A stretch of DNA of 64,000 bases from Camelus dromedarius. Its lineage: Eukaryota. Of the stretch, positions 47,309 to 59,560 are shown in pieces (positions within the stretch are counted from its first letter, which is position 1; the number at the start of each line of letters is the position of its first letter). The notes under the pieces were generated by a model that made no database searches, was not told the DNA's origin, and saw only the letters and a list, made by a program, of their open reading frames with translations. The DNA is taken from assembly GCF_036321535.1 (NCBI RefSeq), contig NC_087437.1, forward strand, positions 50,718,001-50,782,000. The letters run 5' to 3'. The position numbers and the translations under genes are program-made.

Positions 47309-49775
47309 TATTATGGGACACAGAGTAACAGGAGGCAGTCACACATACCCTAGGTTAACTGGAGAGACAAATTTTAAATAATACAAAGTCACTGAAGACC
47401 TCATTAACAGGATGAATTTTAAGTATTTTCAATCCACAGTTGGTTGAATCCTTGGATGAAGAGTCATGGATACAGAGGTCAGACTGTATAGGATTCCTAG
47501 TGGGTATATCACTGCCATTTTGATTTGCATTTCCCTAATGACTAATGATGTTGCAAATGTACTGTACTTCAATAAAAAATAAATAAAATAAAATAAGGGC
47601 TCTCAAAGATCCATCGGAGAAAGGAAATCAAGAAATTAAACCAAATCTCTCAATGTCATGCTGTTTAGACAAAAACTTTCCAGGCTGGGAGAAAGCTTTA
47701 AATCATACACTGTAACTTCTATAGATATTTAAATAGATTTAAAAGTTCACTGTTCTGAGGCTAAATCTCATACTGTTTTTTCACTTGGAAAAGATACTCT
47801 CCAAATGGGAAAAAAAAAACCTATTCAATTAGTTATAGAAACTTTGGTTAAAAAATAGGTAAAACACTAATAAAAGTAAAATAAAATAATGTATAGATAA
47901 TCACAAAACTACTAAGTTATTAATAAATGTTTAAACAGTAGTCCTTTTTTTGTAATATAAACCCTTTCTCTCTTGAAAGCATTTTTGGATGGGAAAAAGG
48001 AAAAATCTAAACCTAGCTCAATGATTTTGGAATTTTTGCTTCTAATTTACAAGCTAAAAAACAAAGAAATCAAATTTGGCCAATAATTACTAATCACAAA
48101 AAAAGGAATCCTCTGTATTGTGTTTAAGTGAATATTAATATTACTTAGTAAAGTAAAGATAGAATAACTTATATTTTTAACCCAAATTCACTTAATATTC
48201 TTTTTTCCTTCCAGTTGTTTTACTGAGATATAACTGATATACAGCACTGTGTAAGTTTAAGGTGTACAGCATAATGATTTGACTTGCATAATCATGTTTT
48301 AATTCCAAGAACAGCTGGTCAATATGCACAAGAAAATGTCCTTACACCATCTTGGAGACTGAGTCTTTCCCTTCCTTTACCCCTGTGGAGTTCCTTGCCT
48401 GTGTAGAGATGACAGACACCCACTCATCTGCCTTTCCTGGGAACGCTCACTGCACGTTTACAGCAGGACCTGACTAGCTAGTTTCACTCCTCAGATACGT
48501 GACCTGTGGGCTTGGACCACCAACCCTTTTCCAGCAGATTTCACAGAGGCTACCCTCAACCCAGACTTTCACACCCTGCATTGTCTCTTCCAAGAACTAT
48601 GGAAGGTGAACTTGGCCGAAATATTTGTCAAAGAAAAAGGTCAACCTTTACAGAGGCATTTTCAGGAAAAATTCCAGGATGCTTTCAGGCTTCTATAGTT
48701 TCAAACCAGATCTTTTGATTACTCTTGAGAATAAATTTTGAACTCTTTTTAATTATCAAGAACCTTAAAGACAGAATTAAACAGTGATCCCTGACACATG
48801 GAATAATTAGTTTGCCTCAACCCCCCTACCTAAACTATGTATTTTTTTGAGTTTTCATTTTCTTTGTTTGTTTTCTTGGTATGTAGTGGTGGACAGTCAA
48901 TATATTTTGAATAAAAAAAAAAATCAAGCACTTAGCAAAGCAAATGTTTTGCAAATTTTGTGTCACAGATAAAAGAGTTCAGTTTTTCTTAAGCCAACCC
49001 AGCAAGAACACACATAATGCTAAGATGTATCAACCATTCAATCCTTGGTTTGCTGCCCTGTTGCGTTCTGGTGAAATAATGGATTTGGCCTTACTGTGCT
49101 TGTGAAGGCAGAAAGAGGATGCCACCCATCCAGTAAGTCCTGAGAAGACTTCCCTTTACAGCATGACCTGAAAGAGTCTGTCAAGCTCCCTTCCCAGCAG
49201 GTTCTGACCTGCTTTTATGAATCACTTAATAGGTGCCTCTCCTTAAACTCAGTTCAGAGCACCTTTCATAGTCCTCTTTCTCAAACTGGCCCCAGGTAAA
49301 AAGACATATCCCTGATAGAGCGAAGCAGTGAGCCAGCTAATTAGTCTGCCCCCAAACTTCACAACAGCCTCAAGAAAGCTTATGCTTCAAAAGCCAACTC
49401 CCATCCCTCCCTTTCTCCCTGCAATTTCAGCCCATTATATCTTGCTCTGTCTTGAGCAGATCACAGGAGTGCTGCCGTTGAAGGGATGTGCACACACCTT
49501 GTCTCGCCAGCACAAAGCTGGAATGAGTTTCTTTTCGAGGTGCTGCTTCTCACACTTCTCACCTGCAATCCTTTCACATGCACCACCCAGTCTTTAAGAG
49601 ATTTTTCTCTTCACGTACTGCCTATCCAGAGGATTGAAGATGATTAGAGGCTGCCAAGTCACTGGAGAAGGGGGAAGAAGAGGGCTTAACTTATAATTTG
49701 GCTCCCAGCACTCTCCAGGAAGCTGACCACCTGCCAGCACAGAGGTAGGTCTCTGGGAGATCATGGACCACTCAC

Positions 49776-49925
49776 CTGTAACTGGCCCCGCTGCCTTGTG
49801 TGGGACATGAGAAGGTCTTCACTGGATGGCACGCCTCTGGGCAGCTCTGTTGTGGCCAGGCAGGCCCCAAAAGTCTGGAGCATCTGGGCAGTAGTCTTTA
49901 ATGCCAAGGCAAAGTTTTCAATGGC
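49776..49925 (-). CDS. MCF2L2: MCF2L2 coding exon 7 (150 nt)
   Basis: ttccag|GCC ATT...TTA CAG|gtgagt; AIENFALALKTTAQMLQTFGACLATTELPRGVPSSEDLLMSHTRQRGQLQ. Confidence 0.95.
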
Positions 49926-52094
49926 CTGGAAAGTCAGACAATCATAACAATGTGGACGGATTAACATTCACTAACAAAAGGAGAGGAGAACTAGCCGCCA
50001 TTTCCTGAGTATTCGCAGTGGGCCATGCATTGCACTTACTGCTACAGATTTGTCTATCATCTCAGACAAATAATCCAGAGTGGAAGGCTTTTCATCTCCA
50101 TTTTATAGAAGAGGGAACTGAAGCTCTCTAACAGGTTCAACGAATTGCCCAAGATCATCTTATTTGGGCAGTAAGGAAGGAAAGAAAGAAGGCAAGATTC
50201 AACCAATACTTGCTCTCTTTCTGCAGGAGTTTTTTTGAGGATGAGAAGAAATGGCAAATGTGAAAGGATCTCGGGCACAGCTGAGTACCTTACAAGTGTA
50301 ACAATATTAACAGTAAGAACTAAGAGAAGTAGGTGTAAGGCTTGCAAATGACATTCTAGAAATAGAGGAAAGCCAGAGGTTTCCTGTCATGGGTTCTATT
50401 AACAAATTAACTTGATTCCATGTGTCTGATTAGTGAATAATCACTAACTGATGATTATTAATGATCACTAATTGAAAATGGCACAGAGGACCTGACCCTG
50501 ATAGGGTGATTAAAAAGCGCTTGGCCTTAGTCTTGTCTCTGCCACTACCTGATCATACGACCTTGGATGAAACACCTCTTTACTCTGAAGGTCAGTTTCC
50601 TGATCTGTAAAATAAGGGTGATTGCAATAAATTAATTTTGAAGTTCTTTTTAGTTCTGACTTTTTATGAGTCTCAAAGATCTGACATCCAGAAAGCACAC
50701 TATTACCAAAAAAGATTTATATGTTCATAATATATAAAATAATATGTATATGCATATATATAATTATATTTCTAATTATGTATGTGTATATAAAATGTAT
50801 ACAGAAAATTTGCAAAAGGCATGTGAAGAATTATCTCTGCTTCAGGATTAGTTGTATTTTTAAAAGTTTGCTACAATATGTTTTACACTTGAACAAACAT
50901 AAACTATAAGTACAAACTAAGCCTGGTGGGAGGGGAGCTGTATGTACATGCTGTTCATGCCTGTCTTTAAATAATCAGTCTTCATGACCTTAGTCTTATT
51001 TACCTCTCTAAGTTCTTAGAGAACAATTTTGGTTTTGATGACAAGGTGCTTCAGTTTTTTTTTTTTTTTTCTATATTTGTTGCAAATTTGTGTTGTTTCA
51101 AAACAGATTAGAGGCAACTTGAAAAACATGAACAACACAATAAAATAAAGGATTGTTAGAGAAATTAGAGCAAAAAGGAGAGCTGGCTAGCCCAATAAAG
51201 CTGATGGGACAGTAAGTTCTTTTGGTTACTAAAGTAATGAAATAAAACTCTAGGAAGTGAAGAAAGCAAGCCTAGAAGCACTCCAAGTTCCATGTTTCAT
51301 ATGATTTAATGAAACTTCATCCTGGGATGACCATCATCACACTTATAATAGTCAGCTTCTCTCCTTATCTTTCATATTTAGACTTACTTAGAATTAAATG
51401 CTTGTGAAAAACTTCACCACTCCTTTTTTTTTGTTTTTTAATCATATTCTCTTGGAGTCACCATTATTATGGTAAAATTAAAGAGAACTTTAAAGGGCTC
51501 TTGCTCAGGTCATGGACTTTCCTCTAGGTTTTGGGGAAAAAACATGCCTCCCTTGAAATTACACAGCATACACAGAAGTGAGAGGGATTAGAATCTGTAG
51601 CTTTGAAATGAATGCGTTATGTTGCTAGATATCTATTTTTGTTTAGTTCTTAAATTTCCTTGTTTTTTTTTTTTTTAAACAAAACATTACATTCTAAAAC
51701 AGGGTGAATTCTACCTAATCAAATGTAATTGAGGTATTCATCAGTAAATATTGAACATGTTTCCAAAGTGAGCACATACAGACAGATGTGCTGACACCAC
51801 AAGCTATCCTCAGGGTGGGAAGGGGGCTTCTCATTTTGCTTAGAAAACCTAATCTTTTTTAAAGTGCGGGGCTAGGAGGGCAGGGAAAGGGGAATGACAA
51901 CTTTATATAGAAACACTTATTATTTGCTGAGTTTCAGTCTTACTTTTTCATCAATATTACTGACCCTTCTAGTTTAACATGATAACCAACACTAAGAGTC
52001 ATTAGGAAAGAATAAAATACTATATGCCAGGTTGTTTCATAGACATGGTATCACTTATTCCCCACAGCAAACCTTAAGGCAGCATCTGTTAGTG

Positions 52095-52400
52095 CAAGGT
52101 TTCTCACCATTGGCACTATTATTACATTGTTCCAGATAATTCTTTACTGTGGGGGGGCTGTCTTGTGCATCATAAGATGTTTAGTAGCACTGTTGGCTCC
52201 TACCCAGTATAGGCCAGTAAAACCTCTCTCCCCAAATTATGACTATAAAAAGTGTCTGTCTAAAGACATTGATAAATGTCAGTGAAAGTCATTAGTTAAA
52301 GGCTACAGTGGGGGTGTATTTTAGAGACAGGAGTGACTAGAGGGTGTGACAGAGTCCCTGGGACTGGAAACCAGGACCACGCCCCAGCTGAGAACCACTG
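52095..52400. mobile_element. MER20 carrying a ~95-bp non-MER20 insert near one end
   Basis: CAAGGTTTCTCACCATTGGCACTATT...GATAATTCTTTACTGTGGGGGGGCTGTCTTGTGCAT...AGACATTGATAAATGTC-[insert]-GCTGAGAACCACTG; total length exceeds the recalled ~220-bp consensus. Confidence 0.8.
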
Positions 52401-53768
52401 TGTTTGTCCCCTGTTAAGAGGAGAGCAAACAAACTCAGAGAGGCTTAGAAACTCATCCAAGGTCAGACAATAAGCAATGGTGGCAACATTTAAAGGCAGG
52501 TTCTTCTGACTTGGTGGGTTTCAATCTGCCTGTACGTTAGAATCATCAGGGGAGTTTTGCGAACCTGATGCCTGAGACCCATCCCAGAGCAAGTAAACTA
52601 AATTCTCTAAGGTACAGCAGGGTATTGGTATTTTGCAAACATGCCAGGTGCAGTCTAAATCAAGGCCTCCAAAACCCTCATACCAGCAAGTGAGGTGGGG
52701 TGAAGGTAACCAGCAGGAAAAGCCCCTACCCGGCCTAGACTCTTCCACCCTGTTTCTCCCCCAGCCTGTGGCTTAGAAACCCCACCCTTCCTGATGTTAG
52801 GGAGTCATGACCAGTGACTGCCCAACAGTTGATTTTTAAGTCCTCTATCTCTGGAAACCCAGGAGAGACACTGAAAAGGGCACATTAATTGGTACTTACA
52901 GTTCGATGATTTATCCACTGACTGTGGCGATATTCCAAAGTTCCCCCTAAGTCCTCTGTCAGTTGGCTTTTGTCAATGTAGCCATGAAGGTCAGAAATGG
53001 AGTTTAACATAATGATCTATAACAGAAAAAAATTAATATATTCCTCACAGATAATTAACAAGTGGCTCATCTAGATTCTACTGTTATTTAAATAGTACTT
53101 CATTGCTGCCTGATCAGGCATTTATATCCAAAGATGGTTACCACATCCAGCAGAGATATATTTTAAAGTCCCTTTCCATTTCCCCCTTTGAATGAGAAAT
53201 AGCAAAGTGTCGAACAGTCTGTGACAAAATGGTGACTTGGATCAGGGAGCTCAGTTACAAGCTACCTAGAAGTCCGGTCTTGCTTTAGGTGAATTTTTGT
53301 CAAAAGTTCCTAGGCTAAAGTCTACCCTTCAGCCACTGAAATCAAGTGCTGTGCTGAGACCTAACAATCTGCAATGAAAAACCCAGTGCAGGGTGGGCTG
53401 GTGAATATCAGAGCAAAATTAGAACAGAGGGACCCACTGAAGAGTGTGGATTGAAAAGATTCACCATACTTATGCCCCTTCCATGAAAAATGGTAATATG
53501 CCATGCCATTCATCTTGCATGGAGATTTGGAGATGATCGGGAGTAGATTTTCATAAATTAACAAGCCTGCTGATGAACACACCCATGTGGATGAAAGAGT
53601 GTGCAGATATCTAGAGGATGACACTCTGCAAACTGTCCCTTTCTTCTCCTCTGCAGTGGTCCTGCCCAGGGTGTGGTCTGGTTTCCAGTCCCAGGGACTC
53701 TACCACACCCTCTAGTCACTCCTATCTCTAAAACACACCCCCACTGTAGCCTTTAACTAATGACTTTC
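52284..53768. repeat. Inverted repeat pair, arms 52284-52380 and 53673-53768, flanking MCF2L2 exon 6
   Basis: Manual alignment gives 4 substitutions and one 1-nt indel over ~97 nt, with weaker similarity extending to 52400 and 53654. Confidence 0.95.
52900..53016 (-). CDS. MCF2L2: MCF2L2 coding exon 6 (117 nt, phase 0-0)
   Basis: ttatag|ATC ATT...CGA ACT|gtaagt; IIMLNSISDLHGYIDKSQLTEDLGGTLEYRHSQWINHRT. Confidence 0.95.
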
Positions 53769-54689
53769 GTTGATTATTTTGACCCGTGAGTATACTAAAC
53801 TTCTTTCAAAGCCTCTCCCTCATTTCCTCCTGTGGCAGCACTGACTTTACCATGTCATATCTAACATGTATGTCATTAGAACAGATTCTTGGTCAAAGAG
53901 CATGAGAATATAGGCTTTCTTCTCTAATTATACAGTATTAGTCAATTGATAATTCCACTTCAGGATGAAAAGACTATAAGTTAGGGCTCAAAGTCTATAG
54001 GTGAAAACAAAATTGACTTACTCATTCAACAAACCTGAACTGAACTTCATAAATGCCAGGCTCTGAGGGATAAAAGTAAGCACAGCAGGCCCTGCCTTCA
54101 AGGAACTTAGGTTTAGTGGTTTGATTCTACACATCACTGTGCTAACCTCATCAGGCTGCATGTCCCATGCCTTTCTCTTTCACTTCTGGAAAAAAGTTTG
54201 GGGACTTTAAGAATTATTTTTGTAACAAGAGAGCAAGGGAAAAAAAAAAAAACAACTGAATTCATCTCTGTCTTTCCCTCCCAAATTTTTTAAACCAATT
54301 TTGAAAATTTTAAAAAGATTTTTAGTCTTTCTAAAATTAGAGATTATAAGACACATAACAAGAAATGACCAAGTTAAAAATGTATTTTAATTCTTAGAAC
54401 ATTAGTTGCTATGGTAACACTTGAAATTTTGAAAAATATCTATGTGCAACATGGTATTAGGCAGAAGTGACTTTGCCCACAGGCTAGAGTTTCAGAACCC
54501 TATCCTGCCAGGCAGCACATCTTCTGCCCCACTTTACTGAACAGGAGAGGGAGGTATGTGCTTCCACACTTGCCAGAACTCTACTCTGCTTTCTCATCTT
54601 TAGCTTTAGAAGACCAAGAGGAATTTTAAATTGAAAGCTAAAAGTGAACATTAGAAACAAAAGGAAGATATTAGAAGATTCAATACTGT

Positions 54690-56430
54690 TAAGTGTTGAA
54701 CTGTAGATTCGACGCAATCTCAATCAAATTTTTGTAGGAATTGACAAGCTGATTCTAAATTCATATGGAAATGCAAAATACACAGAATAGGTAAAACAAT
54801 TTTGAAAAAGAATTAAGTTGGACAAATCACACTACCTGATTTCAAGGTTTATTAAAAATTAGCTGCCAAGAGTGTGGTAATAGCAAAGGATAGACAAACA
54901 GATCAACAGAACATAATATAGAGTCCTGAAATAGACTCACACAATTATGATTTTTTTTTAACTTTTTATTTTGAAGTAAATACAGATTCCCAGGAAGTAG
55001 TAAAGATAGCACAGGGAGGTCCCATGTGCCTTTCACCCAGTTACCCGCCCCCTCAATAATTGCATCTTACATAATTATAGTATAATCATATCAAAACAAG
55101 GATTTGATACTGATGTAATGTGTGTATAGTAGATTTATGTAACCACCAGTACAATCAAGATGCAGACTATTCCATCACCACAAAGATCTCCCTTGTGCTA
55201 CCCATTAAAGTCACATCTGTCCCCCCTCCTACCATCCCTGAACCCTGGAAAACACTAATTTGACTTTTGATGAAGGTACAAAGTTAATTAAATGGAAAAA
55301 TAATTCCATTTTTAATAAATGGTGCTTGAATAACTGGACATCCATATGCAAAAAAGAAGGGACCCTGACCTCTTGTTTTATTAAAAAATTAACTTCAGAT
55401 GGATCACAGATCTAAATGTAAATCATAAAACTTGAAGAAGAAAACATAAAAGAAGTCTTAGGAGAAAAATCTTTGTGTTAGGCAGAGTTCTAAGATACAA
55501 CACAGAAAGCGCAACTCTTAAAGGAAAAATGAATAAACTCAGCTTCATCCAAATGAAAGACATTTACACTGCAAAACATGCTGTTAGCTGAATGAAGAGA
55601 TAACCCACAAACTGAAAGAAAATATTTGCAAACCACATAACTGACAATGGGCTTATATCAAAAATATATAAAGAACACTCAAAACTCAATAATAAGAAAA
55701 CAAACAATACAATTAAAAGGCGGGGGACAAAATTATGAATTAATGCTTCACCAAAGAAGGCATACAGATGGAAAAGAAGTATGTGAAAAGAGATTCCTTA
55801 TTAGTTATTAGGGAACTGCAAATTAAAACCACAGTGAGATACAACAACACACCAGCTAGAATGTCTCAGAAAAATGTGTCCATACCATGAGTAGCAAGAA
55901 CATGGAGCAGATAGAACTCTCATACATTGCTGATGGGAATACAAAATAGTACAGACACTCTGCAAAACAGTTGAGCAGTTTCTTATAAAGTTACACATAC
56001 ACTTACCATATGGTCCAGCAAAAAAAGCAACTTCATTCTTAATTGCTAAAATTAGAAATAACTCAAATGTCCTTCCCTGGTGAATAGATACACTGGTACA
56101 CCTATTATGTGGAATAATACTTAGTAGTAAAAAGAAAGAACTACTGACAACACAAATGAAGTCCAAATGTTTTAGGCTAAGTGAGAGAAGTCAGACTCAA
56201 AAGGCAGTCTCCAGAAAAGGCAAAACTATAGGGACAGAGAGCAGATCAGTGGCTACCAGGGGTTACAGTAGGGAGAAGAGCTGACTACAGAGGGCAGCAT
56301 CAGGAGATGCTGAGGGGTGATGGAACCACTCTGCATCTCTACTGTGGTGGTGGTTAACTAACACCATGCATTTTCAAAACACATACAACTGTACATCAGA
56401 GAGAGTGAATTTTATTGTATGTAAATGAAA
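54690..56430 (+). mobile_element. Old L1M (ORF2 3' part and 3' UTR) with a nested opposite-strand L1 fragment at ~54950-55260
   Basis: AATTGACAAGCTGATTCTAAATTCATATGGAAATGCAAA, GAAAATATTTGCAAACCACATA and AAAAGGCAAAACTATAGGGACAGA motifs. Confidence 0.8.
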
Positions 56431-56603
56431 AAGATGAAAGAGATGCAGCTTTACCATTAAACTTTTCCCCCCTCTTTTAATCTTTACAGGGTCAAAAGGG
56501 AAAAAAAGTTTTAAAATTCTATGTAACACAGGAAAAAGCAGTATAATTTTGCTCATCAAACTCAGAGGACACACTGAGAATGTAAACTTGGCCTTAAAAT
56601 AGT

Positions 56604-57201
56604 TGTTCTGAGTTTTCTTAGATTCTATATCTGTCTATTTGGCATCCTTTTATCACAAGGCCAATTACATTAACTATATTATCTTATTTTCTGTATTCTT
56701 GATATTCTGGCGTTGATGGCCTCACTGACTGGGGAGAAGCTAGTTAATTTTTAGAGATTTTTAAAAAAGGACTGGAGGGAGCACTTCTATTATATGAAAA
56801 CCAAACAATCCCAACCCCATACTCTACAATACTTTCTCAACTAACTCTCACACAGCAAGACAACATTTCCCTTGCCCTAAATCAGTTGCCAGGTACCAGG
56901 CAACAAACCCCTTTGCCCTAGAGCCTGACAGAATTATTCCAACCAGCCAGTCCGAAGCTGATTACCCTGCCCTGCCTTGCCTTACCTGTGGAAACCCCTA
57001 TAAAGTCCTATGCCTTTCTTTCCCTCCTGCTTCTGCCTCCTGGCTAAAACTCAGTGCTTCCCCTGTAGTCCTGCATAGCATGCAGTGACCCCCATCTCTG
57101 GGACCTGTGAGTATGAGACACTTCTTCCTTCAAAGCCTCCTCCTCATTTCCTGCGGTGGAGGCACCGTCACACCACTTCCAACATGGACATTCTTAGAAC
57201 A
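56604..57201 (+). mobile_element. ERVL solo LTR (MER74-like); related 3' fragment at ~53780-53883
   Basis: TGTTCT...AGAACA ends; CCAGGTACCAGGCAAC and TTACCCTGCCCTGCC motifs; GACC(T/C)GTGAGTAT...TTCAAAGCCTC...CTCATTTCCT is shared between both sites. Confidence 0.65.
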
Positions 57202-58369
57202 GCTGTTAGACACTTTCAGTATACATTTATGGTCTTATCCATAGTTGCTTAAGCAACTTTGGGTGACTGAGAGCTTTTTAAAAAGTTCATTTTAGTTTAA
57301 AATTAAAAGTACATGCACTACCACGAATAGAAGTAGTTAAAGACATAGTATCAAGACGAACCAGACATTCACTCTCTCCTTAGTGTAGATGCACCACATG
57401 AAAAGCAGGGCATAAGTCACATACGGATCTGTACACATATTATCTGTATCACTCACAGAGGTGTGTTTCATACACAACCAGGAAGAGATGTATGACATTG
57501 GTCAGGTGCTCAGTTCAAAGGCCAAAACTTTTGAATTACAAGAAACAACTGACTAGTCTTCATCTCTGAAGGAGAAGAAGGCTTGTGAGGATTATGGCAA
57601 GTTTATTAACTTCTGGTAAGTCAACATCTCTACTCCAATATTAATGTCACCCAACTCAGGAAAGCAATACAAAACTCACGGCTCACACTTCCCTTATACA
57701 CTCAAATATTTTAAAGTAAGCATTTAAAAAATAATAAATAAATAAAATAAGCATTTAAAAAAATTGGGAAATTCATTTTGAGTCTGGTAAATACCCAAAG
57801 TATAGGGAGAAGTTTGATTATTAATATAAAATGGAACCAAAAGAGAGAATAGTAGAAAAGAGAAAAAAATGAGAAAAATCCCTTGTTTGAGATGGTCAAT
57901 TTTCAGTGAGACGAGCTAAATATTGTCTCAGAGTAATTTCAATTAAAGTGTTTTTTTATTGTTGTTGGTTTCAAAAAGACAATATGTGTAGGTAATAATA
58001 AATTCAAAAAGAAAAAGAGTCTATCTAAACAGACTCTCATCCTTCCCCCCAGGCCTCCAGCTCTATATCCAGGAAGCAGCCACTTCATCCAGTCACTTGT
58101 ATATTTTATATATCCTTCCTAAAGTGATCTCTGCATATACAATCATATATATGCCCCTCCTATTTTGTTCAAAAGAAAACATACTATATATGCTATTTTC
58201 TTCTATATATCATAAATGGTCTAAAATATCATAAAATGGTCTGTGTGAACTCTATGACTTCTCAAATACACATATTCATATATGCATCTACATCTGTATA
58301 TACATGTACCTAATGTTTGTGTATATAATTATAAATAAGTGTGTATATGTGAATATATGTACATATACG

Positions 58370-59560
58370 TGCACTCTGCTGAAAGAGCCTAGCAGTAAAA
58401 GACACCTGAGAACTAGTAGCACACCTAGCATCTAGATCTTGGTCTAATTCACCATTTAGAGGAACCAGGGCCCTTCAGAGAAATGGCTAACTACAGGGCT
58501 GTATGTATGAGATGAGCCTGGAACATCATATTAGATCAGAACGGAAGGACCAAAAAATGAAGGGGGCATGTCACAAGGACACACGAGCCAGCTTGAAGGG
58601 GTGCCTACTGGCCAAATCTGGGACAATTTGAGCACCAAAACAATTAAGAACTGTAATGACTTATAAGCCATTGGAAAAAAAAACGAATCCATAATGATCA
58701 TAAACAAATAAATAGGTGAGAAGGGAAAGTTCTAGCTTACAGGAGAATATCAGCTTTTGATTAGTAAATGTTGAGAGTGCTGAGGTTGGAAAATCATTTG
58801 CAACCAACATAACAAAGGTTGTATCAGGCAAGAATCATCAATGGATATTAAACACAGATAGAAGGTTTTTGATGAGCAGGGAATTTGTATGATCTTAAAG
58901 TGTCAAAGATTCTATATTAGTTGCAAGGAAAAACATTATAATACATTTAAGATATTGGACACCTTGACTAGGGGCTCAAAATTAATATCACCAGTGAGGG
59001 CAGGATAAACACTGTGTGTCTCCACATGTGATGCCCTGAGAAAGACATGACATAAGTCAAGTAATTTTCGAACTAGGAATGTATAACCCAAATCAGATCC
59101 TGAGAAAACATCACACAAGCCCCAAATGAGGTATATTTTATTTTTTAAAAGACTGTATTATTAAAAAATGCTAAGGTCATAAAAGACAAAGACTGGAAAT
59201 GCAGCAGATTAAAGGATACTAGAAACTAAATGCACTATCTGATCCTAGTCTGCATCTTGTATATAAATACACACATAGTATACTTATTGCTTATATGTAT
59301 AATACATATATTTCTATACATATATATTTACATAGAGAGATAAATACACATATTATATAATAGAAATAAACAGATATGTTTACATCTATAGAGATGTATA
59401 ATATATAGAAAGAAGCAAAGAAAAATAATAAAGCAAATGGGGATAAAATGTTAACAATGGTGAATGAACATGGTAAAGGGCATGAAATGTTCCTTGGACT
59501 ATACTTATTCTTGAAATTTTTCTATGAGTTGGAAATTATTTCTAATTAAACAAAAATAAA
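58370..59560 (+). mobile_element. L1MC-type 3' region
   Basis: AGCACACCTAGCATCTAGATCTTGG...AGAGGAACCAGGGCCCTTCAGAGAAATGGCT and CCAGCTTGAAGGGG...ACTGGCCAAATCTGGGACAATTTGAGCA motifs. Confidence 0.7.

Noticed and set aside
51868..51892. G-quadruplex-pattern motif GGGG-CTAGGA-GGG-CA-GGG-AAA-GGGG
   Set aside because: A single motif deep in an intron, on the template strand; such motifs are common and nothing else supports a function.
53780..57180. Direct similarity between ~53780-53850 and ~57100-57180, as if paired LTRs of a provirus
   Set aside because: The copies are diverged, one is only a short 3' fragment, and the interval holds L1 sequence rather than gag/pol; independent relics of one LTR family are more likely.
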